A stretch of 20,000 bases of DNA, from IMG/VR virus record IMGVR_UViG_3300025732_000038. The stretch is one strand, 5' to 3'. A program made the position numbers and the translations under genes. Positions 6,718-17,200 of this stretch are shown in pieces. The DNA comes from an uncultured virus (IMG/VR IMGVR_UViG_3300025732_000038) (Duplodnaviria; Heunggongvirae; Uroviricota; Caudoviricetes). The stretch's first letter is position 1; each line of letters opens with the position of its first letter. Under the pieces are notes generated by a model. The model had not been told where the DNA came from and made no database searches. It saw only the letters and a list, made by a program, of their open reading frames with translations.

Positions 6718-7763
6718 CGTTGGTTGACACAGACGAGATCGCTTCTCGTTGGGCTTCCTTGGCGGGGGACGATGAGTCCCCTGCCTCGGAACCCGTTGAG
6801 CAGAGCAAGCCGCACGTGTACTACCGTCCGCTTGACGAAGCGGCTCACGAGTTTGTGCGTTGGGCACAGTCCCCACACGAACGCGTGTACACGGGCTTCG
6901 CTGATCTTGATGATCAGATGCGTGGCATTGCTCCTGGCGAAATGACTCTCGTCGTTGGCTACTCCCACTCGGGCAAGACGCTCACCATGTTGGAGATGTT
7001 GCGCACCAACCGCAACAAGAACGTGGTGTACTTCGTCCCCGACGAACCGCGCACCTTGGTACTCATCAAGTTGGCTTGCGTTATCCATGGCGTGAACGCG
7101 TTTGATCTTGAGCGTGCTATCGCCGCTGACGATGAGCGTGCCATTGATCTGTTGCGTGAGACAGCGAACGAGTACTTCCCCAACCTTGCCGTGTTTGACC
7201 AGCCGATGGCTTTGTCCGACATGGAGAAAGCGATGGGCGAGGTATGCGATGTGTGGGGGCAGAAGCCCGACCTCGTAGTGTTCGACTATCTTGAGTTGCT
7301 TCAGGGTGGTGGCGAGGACGTACCGTCCAAGGCGAACACGTTGAAAGCGTGGGGTCGTCGGCATGATGTGCCGTTGCTGGTGCTTCATCAGACTTCCCGT
7401 TCGTCTGGTGCTGACGGTAGGCGCATGACTATCTCGTCGGGTTCATTCGGTGGCGAACAGCAGGCGACACACATCATCGGTGTGCGACGCAAGCGGTTTG
7501 AGATTGAGTCACAGATTCGTGAACTTGAAGCGAAACTGGACAGGTCAACCGTCAGCGAACGTGCGATGGAGCAACTCGATTTGTTGCGCTACAACGCTCG
7601 CATCCATGCCCACACTCTCACGCTCAACCTCGTGAAGAACAAGCGTCCAGCGGGCAACCTGCTTGACGACATTGACTTTGAGATTGAGCAGGGAACGGGT
7701 AGGCTTTCCCGTCTGCGTGACGGTGAGTTGCCACGCCAGTTCCTCAACGAGATTGGTAGATAG
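6714..7763 (+). CDS. dnaB: DnaB-like superfamily 4 replicative helicase
   Basis: YTGFADLD, Walker A GYSHSGKT, Walker B VVFDYLELL, LHQTSR and VKNKR motifs. The likely GTG start at 6714 overlaps the upstream TGA (the ORF track starts at 6693). Confidence 0.85.
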   Translation: MTLVDTDEIASRWASLAGDDESPASEPVEQSKPHVYYRPLDEAAHEFVRWAQSPHERVYTGFADLDDQMRGIAPGEMTLVVGYSHSGKTLTMLEMLRTNRNKNVVYFVPDEPRTLVLIKLACVIHGVNAFDLERAIAADDERAIDLLRETANEYFPNLAVFDQPMALSDMEKAMGEVCDVWGQKPDLVVFDYLELLQGGGEDVPSKANTLKAWGRRHDVPLLVLHQTSRSSGADGRRMTISSGSFGGEQQATHIIGVRRKRFEIESQIRELEAKLDRSTVSERAMEQLDLLRYNARIHAHTLTLNLVKNKRPAGNLLDDIDFEIEQGTGRLSRLRDGELPRQFLNEIGR

Positions 7764-7765
7764 TC

Positions 7766-8665
7766 ATGATTGCGGAGGACAAGGTTGGCGACTTCGTAAC
7801 CCTGTTCCGTGGTCGTGGTGACTGCTACGGCTCTTGGGAAGGTGGCTGTGTCCGTGAGCCACTCACCTTTGAATCGTTCGCCAATCATCTGGAACGAGGC
7901 CCGCACATCGGTGTCTACCCCTGTGTCACTGCGTCTGGCAAGACGCTGTGCGTATGGGGTTGTAGCGACATTGACTATGACGAGCCAGCGCACGCATGGA
8001 TTCTTGCTGACGCTCTCTCTCATGTCGGTGTGACCGCATGGGTTGAGAAGACTGCGAGAGGCTACCACGTGTGGGTGTTCGCTACCGAACTGACGCCAGC
8101 GTCGGACATGCGGCGCATGTTCCTCGCCGCTCACAAGGTTGTTGATCTCCCACCGAAGGAAGTCAATCCGAAGCAGGAAACCTTGGAGCGTGGGCAAGTG
8201 GGCAACTACGTTCGTCTCCCGTATCCGAACATCGGCTCTGGTAAGAGAGTCATGGTCAATCGCGATGGTTCACCCATCTCGTTTGATGACTTCATTGCCA
8301 GCGCCATTGGCAGTCGCATCAACCCCGAAAGGGTTGGGGAGATTGCTAAACTGTACAAAGCACCGACAGTTGAGGCGCGCGATTATGGTCAGCCCTCGGC
8401 TGACCTTGCTTCAACGGTTCGTTCTCTTTCGGTCGCAGGCCGAGCCATCTACCGTGATGGCCCGCTTGAGGGCAGGGATAGATCAACCACACTTGTTCGT
8501 CTTGCCTACGAGTGCAAGCAAGCGAACATACATCCAGCCGACGCACTTAGAATTTTGGAGGATGCTGATTTGCGATGGGGCAAGTACATGGCGAGGGGCG
8601 AAAGAGGACACGTGGAGTTGGAAAAATTACTGGTGCGAGCGTACGGTCGCACTCCATCTTCATAG
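7766..8665 (+). CDS. AEP-superfamily primase-polymerase (TOTE-primase-like) with C-terminal helical PriCT-like domain
   Basis: LFRGRGDCYG, GVYP, catalytic SDID, KTARGYHVWVF and NYVRLPY motifs, then RDRSTTLVRLA. Directly follows the helicase. Confidence 0.85.
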   Translation: MIAEDKVGDFVTLFRGRGDCYGSWEGGCVREPLTFESFANHLERGPHIGVYPCVTASGKTLCVWGCSDIDYDEPAHAWILADALSHVGVTAWVEKTARGYHVWVFATELTPASDMRRMFLAAHKVVDLPPKEVNPKQETLERGQVGNYVRLPYPNIGSGKRVMVNRDGSPISFDDFIASAIGSRINPERVGEIAKLYKAPTVEARDYGQPSADLASTVRSLSVAGRAIYRDGPLEGRDRSTTLVRLAYECKQANIHPADALRILEDADLRWGKYMARGERGHVELEKLLVRAYGRTPSS

Positions 8666-8988
8666 AAGGCAAGCCACACCCAAAGGAACGACCACGTGTT
8701 GTTCAGCGCAACGGCAAGGCTTTGGCATACACGCCGAAGAAAACTGTTGACGCTGAGAAAGCAATAGCCCAAGCGTGGGACGGGCCAGTCTTTGAGGGCG
8801 AGGTTGCTGTCCACATCGTGGTGGACACGGAAGGAACAGCGATCATCGTTGAGCGCGTCGACATTGACAACAAGACGAAGTTGCGTGGCGATCTAGACAA
8901 CTACATCAAGACAATCCTTGATGCGTTGAACGGTATCGCTTGGCGTGATGACTCTCAGGTTGTCAAGATCACGGGAATCAAAGCATGA
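8575..8988 (+). CDS. rusA: RusA-family Holliday junction resolvase
   Basis: GKPHPKERPR, YTPKKT and GDLDNYIKTILDALNGIAWRDDSQV match the RusA signature. The start position is uncertain (91-nt overlap with the primase). Confidence 0.9.
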   Translation: MGQVHGEGRKRTRGVGKITGASVRSHSIFIEGKPHPKERPRVVQRNGKALAYTPKKTVDAEKAIAQAWDGPVFEGEVAVHIVVDTEGTAIIVERVDIDNKTKLRGDLDNYIKTILDALNGIAWRDDSQVVKITGIKA

Positions 8989-9449
8989 ACGCCGCCGCCT
9001 TCAAGGACAAGAGTTGGAACGGCAGGTACGGTTCAATGGGTGACACGGCGGAGACAGCGTTCTTGGGTATCCACCCTTACGCTCACCGCATGGGTCTCAA
9101 CCGCCCTGTCTTTGATGTGCGTGGCATGGCCGACGCCATGCGATACGCACCAGACTTCATGGTTCCCGACTGCCTGTATGAGGTGATGGGCGTGGCGTCA
9201 CGTGGTGATGGTACGCTCAAACTGAAACTGAACAAGGCTTCAGCACTTCAGACATGGCAGTGTATTGGGCCGATCAGGATGTGGATTTACGATTCGTCTC
9301 GCAAGAGGTATTGGGATTCTCCTCTTGTAGATTGGTTGAAGGCATGCCACAAGCATGCCAGCGTGGACAGGTTCCACGACAACAACCAGCCGTACTTCGC
9401 ATTGCCGATTGAGAACTTTCCATCGGAGCCTATCCGCCATGCCGTTTGA
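8985..9449 (+). CDS. Putative PD-(D/E)XK-like nuclease fold protein
   Basis: GxxAExxF helix, then APDF and LYEV, but M replaces the canonical K (EVM). ATGA coupling to rusA. Confidence 0.55.
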   Translation: MNAAAFKDKSWNGRYGSMGDTAETAFLGIHPYAHRMGLNRPVFDVRGMADAMRYAPDFMVPDCLYEVMGVASRGDGTLKLKLNKASALQTWQCIGPIRMWIYDSSRKRYWDSPLVDWLKACHKHASVDRFHDNNQPYFALPIENFPSEPIRHAV

Positions 9450-10209
9450 CCCTGACGTATTGGCAGCAGTGCCCACGACCGAAGCAGAAAGACTGCTACA
9501 GTATGGGGACGATACAACCAACTACGACATTGCGCACATTGAGGCTGTGCGTGATGCGATTGAAACACTCGGGCCAGAAGCAAGGTTCTGTGTTGAAGCC
9601 ATCTTCTATGAGGGCATCTCATACAGCACACTTGGTAAGCGGCTCGGGGTATCCAAGCCTCACGCTTGGCGGTTGGCTCGCAAAGCCATCGCTGAACTTG
9701 AGCGCAAACTATTCACCAACCACGCTATCAACATGAGGTACAAGGTGTTCGACAACTGGGAAGATGCGGCTGAAGCAATCGTTATCGAATGGGACGGTAC
9801 GTCTGGTTCGCAAGCGGCTCACCATCCGCACATTGAGTTCTATCGCACGCGCCTAGCCAAGGCAGTACGGGAACAGGAGGAGACGCCTCGGCTTCTCATC
9901 ATTGATCTCGCCTACCTTGCTGTCAACGAGTTGCGTTATCGCAAGCAATGGGACGCCGAAGAGATGGTTGCCCTTCTCGTGCGCAAGCAACGAGACTACG
10001 GGCATAACAACATCCTGGAGTTCGGACATGTCGGACTCATGATTCGGTTGTGTGATAAACTGGCAAGACTCAATACCCTGCTGGATAGCGGAGCGGAACC
10101 GTCCAACGAATCGTTGATCGATACGTGGATGGACATCGTTGGCTATTCGGTAATTTCCGAAATGCTCTTTATGAATACGTTCAGTCTCGACCTCAAGGAG
10201 GAATCATGA
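9439..10209 (+). CDS. Sigma-70 region 4-like HTH fused to a DUF1599 (nucleotide-modification-associated, all-alpha NTP pyrophosphatase-like) domain
   Basis: N-part VRDAIETL..EARFCVEAIFYEGISYSTLGKRLGVSKPHAWRLARKAIAEL. C-part KQRDYG..N...GLMIRLCDKLARL...NESLIDTWMDIVGYSVI. Likely start is ATG 9439 with a GGAG RBS (the ORF track starts at 9355). Confidence 0.75.
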   Translation: MPFDPDVLAAVPTTEAERLLQYGDDTTNYDIAHIEAVRDAIETLGPEARFCVEAIFYEGISYSTLGKRLGVSKPHAWRLARKAIAELERKLFTNHAINMRYKVFDNWEDAAEAIVIEWDGTSGSQAAHHPHIEFYRTRLAKAVREQEETPRLLIIDLAYLAVNELRYRKQWDAEEMVALLVRKQRDYGHNNILEFGHVGLMIRLCDKLARLNTLLDSGAEPSNESLIDTWMDIVGYSVISEMLFMNTFSLDLKEES

Positions 10210-10382
10210 AAATGTTTGAACACGAGCGATTGTCGCCCATTGAAATGGAAGCACTGCTCATTGCCCTCACCCTATTTGTTGTGGGTGACGACGACAAGGC
10301 GATAGATCAGATTGCTCAGATGTCGGAAGTGATTGCTACGCGGATGGAGGAAGACATCAATGGCGAAACTCCAGAAGAATGA
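10206..10382 (+). CDS. Hypothetical protein (58 aa)
   Basis: AAGGAGG RBS and an ATGA overlap with the upstream stop. Confidence 0.7.
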   Translation: MKMFEHERLSPIEMEALLIALTLFVVGDDDKAIDQIAQMSEVIATRMEEDINGETPEE

Positions 10383-10521
10383 CTACAAGGAACTGCTTGC
10401 CGCTTTGAACAAACTCAAAGCGACAGTCCTTTCCAAAGGAATGCCATACAATAATGTGCGCACCATTGATGACACCATCAATGTTGTTACCAGAGTGATG
10501 GAGAAGCATGTTCATGAGTGA
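10360..10521 (+). CDS. Hypothetical protein (53 aa)
   Basis: GGAGG RBS upstream of ATG 10360; tight packing. Confidence 0.65.
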   Translation: MAKLQKNDYKELLAALNKLKATVLSKGMPYNNVRTIDDTINVVTRVMEKHVHE

Positions 10522-10765
10522 CCTTGAAGGCTTTGACCCAGAAGACATTGCCGATCTGGAGGCGCGAGCCAGACGAATTGAGCATGACCACGACACATAC
10601 TTTGAGTTGACGTTAGTTGTCAACGCACATGGGGCGAAAGAGTTTCTTCGCAAGTATTACGAAGCGAAGGACGGTGAAGTCATGTCATTCTTAGACATGA
10701 TGATGATCGTCCACGCGATAGCCAAATCGCTAGAGGAGGCTCTCGCTCAGGACGATGGTTCGTGA
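10508..10765 (+). CDS. Hypothetical acidic protein (start 10508 or 10514)
   Basis: GGAG RBS; last gene of the + strand block. Confidence 0.7.
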   Translation: MFMSDLEGFDPEDIADLEARARRIEHDHDTYFELTLVVNAHGAKEFLRKYYEAKDGEVMSFLDMMMIVHAIAKSLEEALAQDDGS

Positions 10766-11244
10766 CCTCTAGTATCAGCAAGTAGCAATGCGAACACGAA
10801 GTCGATGTAAGCGGCGTTGTCGGCAACCTCGTTGCTGATTTCCACATGGAGCCACCGCCCATACGGGGCGCCGCTTACAGTCGGCTTCTTGTAGTCCTGC
10901 CAAGCAAGACGAGTGACATTCCAACCGCGCCCATAAGGCGCGGGGAAGTAATCAACAATCAGTTCAATACCCAAGGCCTCCCAGTTGCGGACAAAGAAGT
11001 CCGCCAAGGCGAGGCCATCTTCACGGTTGGTGTAACCGAAATCGACAGCCCGCCCCGTACTGTGGACGCTGGGCTTGCCAGGTTTGCCGCGCATGTCGCG
11101 CACCATGAACGAACCAAGATTACGAATCTTGCCACCGTTCAGGAACAGAACGTAGTCAATCAACTTCTGTGTTCCAGCGCGTCGACCCGAAGCCTGTTTA
11201 TCAAAGCCCGTGTACGTGCGCTTTCCCTTCCAGATTTTCATCAC
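10747..11244 (-). CDS. Peptidase M15-family (Zn-dependent, D-Ala-D-Ala/L-Ala-D-Glu type) putative endolysin
   Basis: R..RG...SVHSTGRAVD (SxHxxGxAxD) and WLHVEI Zn-ligand motifs. GTGA coupling to the giant gene; last gene of the late operon. Confidence 0.8.
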   Translation of the reverse strand: MMKIWKGKRTYTGFDKQASGRRAGTQKLIDYVLFLNGGKIRNLGSFMVRDMRGKPGKPSVHSTGRAVDFGYTNREDGLALADFFVRNWEALGIELIVDYFPAPYGRGWNVTRLAWQDYKKPTVSGAPYGRWLHVEISNEVADNAAYIDFVFALLLADTRGHEPSS

Positions 11245-14200
11245 CAGTTCTCCTGTCGTCGCTGTTCAGCCTCACGCTGCGATGCCGTAACACCACGCAA
11301 TGGGATGCCCAAGTATCCGAAGATGTTGCTCAACTGGCGTTCCTCGTTGTAGTCTGTTGAGGGCATGATGCGCTCGACCTGGCCGAGCAACGGCACGAGG
11401 TTCTGAACCGCATAGTTGAAGCGTTCGCTTGAACCGCGTTCTCCCGATGGGAGATCGCGTCCTTGGAATAGAAGTTCAGCAAGCAACTGAACCGCAGGCT
11501 TCAGTGGACCACCAGCAGTCTGCTGATCTTCATCCCTGAATGGCACGTTCCTATAGAACTTGCGGTCACCGAAGATCGTTTCAAACGGTAGGCGCAAGAT
11601 CGGGTTGACGTACGACAGCAGGCGAGCGGGGTCAGAGAACTCCTCAAACTGCTGGCCCACCCTATTGAATCCCATGTCCATCATGACGTATAGGTTGTCG
11701 CCAACCTTCACGGCGCCCTGTTCCTTCATCCACGATGGCAAGAACTTGTCCTCGTCGTCATTCACTCCGAGGTTGTTCATGGCGTCCTGATAGATGTTGT
11801 AGGCGCGAGGGTTCTGCCATTGGTTCATGATCTGGAGTGGTAGGTTGCGCGACATCCAGAACCAGAACGGAACAATGGGGCGCATGATGGCATCGCCCAC
11901 GCCAACATCCGTGTAATCAAATAGATACCGCTTGACTCGTGCGGTGGCTTGATTGAAATCAAGGCCACGCACAACCGAATCGTAGGCGAGCATAAATCGG
12001 GCGCTACCTTCAACTGCTTCGTTGCGGGTGCGGAATAGGCGGGTGTACTTGTTGTCAGTCAAACCAGCACGCTTAGGTTTCCACATCAAAAACGCGTCGC
12101 TAGTCTTGCCGTACCCAGACGCGTCGGCAGCCTTGATGGCCAAGCCGACAGTGAACCTGTCCGTCTCGTTGAGACTAGCAAGCCATGCTTCGTGCGTTCC
12201 GTTATCAACGGCTTGAGTAAACTTGCGATACCAGCCTAAACCTTCGCTCATATTCTTGGGTGACGCGCCAGCAGCCACAAGCATGAAGGTGTTCTGCATC
12301 GCGTTACGAACAACGAACCCTGGTGTTGATGTGGCGTACGACTTGAAGAAACCAGTGTACTTGCCGATTACTCTATTGAGTGCACGAATGTAGGATGGCT
12401 CCAACATCTGCGACATGTTGCGAGAAATCTCCTCAAGTTCGGGCGCAGCCTGATACGAAGGCAAGCCCAGCCGCTCCAAGGAAACCATGCCCTCGTTGAG
12501 TTGCTGCACCACGCGCTTGCCCCAGTAACCATCGCGCAAGTTGAGAAGCATGTTCTCTGCGGCGGCAGCCTGACGTTCGCGCATGACGAACGCAGATGAC
12601 GCCTCAAGATAATCCGCCTTGAGACGCAACAACTTCTCGTAATCCTTCTTGGCAACAGGACGATTGACATAAGCCGAATATGCGTCAGTCAACCAATGAC
12701 CAGCCTCGCCGCTAATAGCGGTCTGACTTTCTGGTGCGGCAGTATGGCCGACCTCGGCAAGCAACTCCTCGGATTCCTTGAGCCATTCCTCCATATCAAG
12801 TTTGACGGCAAGGAGATCATCGCTGGCCCTGTCCTTGACAGCGTTCAGTTTGTCGAGAATTGTTCGCAGTCCTTCGGCCTTGCGCGCAAGAGATGGAACG
12901 ACAGTAGCGGCGTGCTTCTGCGCATCCATGTAGTTGACATGAGAGGAATCAAACTTCTTGCTTGCTTCAAGCAATGCTTCTTCGGCTCGGATAACGTCCT
13001 TTGTTTCCTGCTCAACCAACTTGGCGCGACCGCGCTCCATCTTGGCGGTTGCCACATCCTCGGCTTTCCAGGCCTTCTTGAGTTCCTTCTCCATCTCCTT
13101 GGCATTCTTGATCAACTTGGCACGAGTGCCCTCAAGTGTCTGCGTGCGAGTCATACCAATGCCAAAGATTTCGTACGTATCGCCAGGATAGATGCTCTTG
13201 AGGAAGCCGATCTCGGCTTCAATCTGCGCCTTCCTGAAAGCAAACTCATTGAGTTTTGCTGATGTCACGAGGATATCCGCTTGAGGATGAAGGTCTACGA
13301 CCTCACGAGCGATGGTATCCACCGCTTCTCCAATGCTTGCGCCATCACTGCGTAGCGCAGCATAACGCTCAAGTGCATTGTACTGTTCCTTGGTTGTACG
13401 CGTGATTGACTCAAGATAGCCAGTCAGTTCATCGCTGATTCTATCAAGTTCATACTTGGCTCCAGCAACACCAACAACTGGCTTCTCGTATGGAACCTTG
13501 TATGCTTGAGTGCGCGCAAATTCTTGCGCCTGCTTTTCTGCTTCCTTCGGAGCAACTCCAGCATCAATCAACTCTTGATACTTTGTTGTCCGTATATTTG
13601 AATAGTCGCCAATATTCCATGGCTTGTATCCATACGGAGCGCCAGGTTGTGGTGCGTGCACATCACCCCATGCCTTGCGCGCAGCATTGCGCATTTCGGT
13701 GACAGTCTTGACAACCTTACCAGTTTCGCGAACAGTTTTATTATAAGCAACTTCTTCTGCTGAATTGCGCAACTCATCAACAGTGCCGAGCAATTCCGCT
13801 TCCTTGCTATCTGCCCACACCCTATCAATATAGCCCTTGCGCCAGCGAACAAAGTTGCTGTCAACGGTATAGACCGTTTCCTTATTTGTCCGCGCGGTGT
13901 AAGAGAATGCGTTTGCGACATCCTCAATGGTAATGTCACCATTACCGATTGCTTGGGCAATCCAATGAATCTTCTGAAGCACCGATTTCTGTTTTGCAGA
14001 ATTAGCAGTCGCTCCTTCAAACATAACTTCCGCACGCGCCGCCGCAATGTCTGCGTCCTCAATATCTTTTCTCATTGAGGCAATGGATGGCAAGCGCGCT
14101 TCTCGCTGCTTGGCAGCAGAACGCGAAACAGTCATGGCATAACGCCTTGCTTCTTCTTCGCTCATTCCTTCTGAACGCGCCATGCGATAAGCGGCACGTT

Positions 14201-17200
14201 GTGCTTCATCGCCAATCTTTCCAGCCTGTTCCGCCGCAGTGATTTCGCCAGCATACTGACGCATAGGCGGAACAATTCCAGCCTGCGTCTCCTTCAATTG
14301 GGATGCAAGAAGTTTGCTATCACCATGGAAATTGAACAACATTTCAATTTCCCATGGCTCAAACCCAAGATGGACTGGAGCACCACTTGAATCGCGGACG
14401 ACAAATGGAATAATAGGAGATTCAAGCAAAGGCCTAAGGCTACTATCCAATTGTTTCTGCAGGGCGTCCGCCTCTTCCGTTTTTCCCGCCTTAGCCAACT
14501 GCTTGATGCGCCGTTGTACACGAGCGACATCGCCCAATGTTGAATCAGTTTTGGGAATGAAATAAGTGTTGCCTTCAGTAATTTCTGCAGGATTCTGAAT
14601 GAGTTTATAATCCTGCGCTTCCCATTTCGCATCTATTTCAATGGTGCTTTCAATACGCGCCATTTGTGCTCTGAGAAGTTGTTCCGTTGCTTCCAACTGT
14701 TTTATTTCTTCTTCGATTGCAGCACGTTTTGCCATTGCGCCTTTGACTGTTGGGTCGATGGCCTGCCATTTTGTATTTAGTTCAATATTTTTCTTGACAG
14801 TAGCATTGATTTGATTTCTAACAGAAGCGGCCTCATTTATTGCCGTGTAATCCTTGATGCCCAACTTCACGTAGACAGTCTGGCCAGAATCAAAAGCATT
14901 CTTTGCAACTTTATGTCTAGGCAATTGATAGTACAAATCAAATGGACTGCTAGCGGCATAGGGAACCATCTGCTCAATAATGCTTTGCTCGTCCTGCCGC
15001 ACAAGAGCGCGCATATATTCAGGAGAACTCTCAACTTCAGCGATCTTATTATGCATTGCTCGCATAGCGCGAAGGTCCTGCATTTCAAGAACGCCAAGAA
15101 CATCTTGAGCATCCGTAAGTTTGGCACCCTTGGGAAGATTCAATGCTTCATTGACAACAATATCCCTATAGTTCCAGATGTCGGGATTCTCGGCGTCAAT
15201 CCTATAAATAAATTCCTCAATAGTCAACTCAGCCTTGATGGCTTCATTCAACATGAAATTGAATTTCTCGTTCGCCGCCTCAAGGCGACGAGCACCATAG
15301 GAAAGACTATTGGCATACCAGCCAGGCAGATCCTGAATGCTATTGCCAGTGAACTTCAACTGCCGAACGTCGACAAACGGGTCGCTGGCATCCATCAACC
15401 AGCCAGTGCGTTGACGCATGGTTCTTCCAGATTCCTGCGCCTTCTGCAATGTTGACTGCGCCCAACGCTTCATCTCCAAAGGAGATGCATCCTCGGTCAA
15501 ACGTCCAGAACTGGATTTGATAGCCTTGTATTCTTTGAGCGTAGCAACAATCTCGGCGTCCTTCAAAGACGTAGCAGAAGGGTCAACATGTGCACGCCAC
15601 CAATCAAGCAACTTCCCCTTCTTGAGAGCAGCCTTCTTGGCGCTCAACTGCTTGGGAGTAGGAAGTGATTCCAATTCTTTCTGCAACGCCAGACGCTGTT
15701 CTGGCGTAAGCATATCGTTCTTGAGGGCAAGGGCAAGTTTCTTGCGTTCCCACGCAAAACCACTATCGCCAGCCTTGCCACCATACCGCTGGAACTCGGC
15801 ATACAATTCAGCAGCCGAACCAGTACCATTCAACTTGGTGATAAGCGCGACCGACCTGTCGTTGTCAAACGTATCATCAGCAACAATCTTCTGAAGTCGA
15901 TTGTACAATTCCTGCGAGCGACCAGTCCAATCTGAACTTTCAATGACATCAAGAACTTCTCGCATCTTGGCTTCAACGCGAGTCAACCCAGATAGATGAG
16001 AGCGCACCTCAGTGGAAGAATCACGGGCAACGGCATTGATGACCGCCCTGAACATTGATTCGTTTGCGACGAATCCTTCTTTGGCCATGAGGTCAACGAC
16101 GCGATCAAAGCGGAGTTGAACCTCGCTCCTGAAATGCGTCTCCATCAATAGGTTGCCGAACTCGCGCCGAATATCATCGACGCTTGTACCACCGTATTCA
16201 AACTCTTGAATGGTCTTACCAAACGCGGCGGTTGCCTCGGCCTTGGCTTGCTTTAGCGCCTCGCCAGTTGCCTTCCCTTCTTGAACTGCACGACGAACAG
16301 CGGCAACATCTTTTTGTCCCTGTACATCATAGTATGCAATCTTGTTCTGTTCGTTCAACTTTCTGCGTGCATCGTTGATCAATGCCCGCAAACTTTCCTT
16401 CTCGCTGGAAGGATCGTACATTACTCGTCCAGTAATAACTCCAGTTCGTACGCTATCCTTCTCCACTTTTCCAGTAATGATCTTGTCAATGAAGTTTTCA
16501 ACTTCATCCATTGATGGAGCATTGCCCAATTCGTATGTCATCGAATTGATCATATTTCCAATATTGATGTATCTACTTCCACGTGAAGTATTCTTTAGTT
16601 CTCCACGCACAACATCCTGGATGGCAAACGAAATATCAAACTCGTGGCGATTGACCTCAGTCATGTGTCCCTTCAGGACATCAATGAGTTCATTCCATGT
16701 AATAGAGCGAGTTTCCTCAATTGAGTTCACCATCGCCATATCGCCCAAATCGCGGATAGTAGATTTGGCATTTACGCCTGGACCACGAAGCGCAAGACCA
16801 GCAAGATCGCTAGCCTCGAATCCTTCCTGCATATTTGCAAGCGCCCTGATGTTGATGTAGTTATCATCTGAACCAAGGAACGGCGACAGAAGATTGCGCA
16901 AAGATGAATACTGGTTGTCGTCCACAATGCTGGCAAGAATGTCATACGCAATCGGTTGATTCATATCAACCTTTCCGACAACATCACCCAACCGAATAAG
17001 AAGATTGGAAGCAGCAGCATGCGACGTCAGGTCGTCAATGATTGCACGTTCAATCGTCGCATAATTGTCCAGGATGCGCTGAACAGTAATGACACCACGA
17101 CCGCTACGGTTGGCTTTATTGAAAGCCAACAAATAGGAGTTGGCCTTTGCTGCCTCGGCAAGATACTGTTCCATACGAGTTCTCAACTCTGGAGCAATAT

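Noticed and set aside
6337..8197. Minus-strand ORFs of 179-281 aa opposite the helicase/primase
   Set aside because: They are antisense to genes with clear catalytic motifs, as expected in GC-rich coding DNA.
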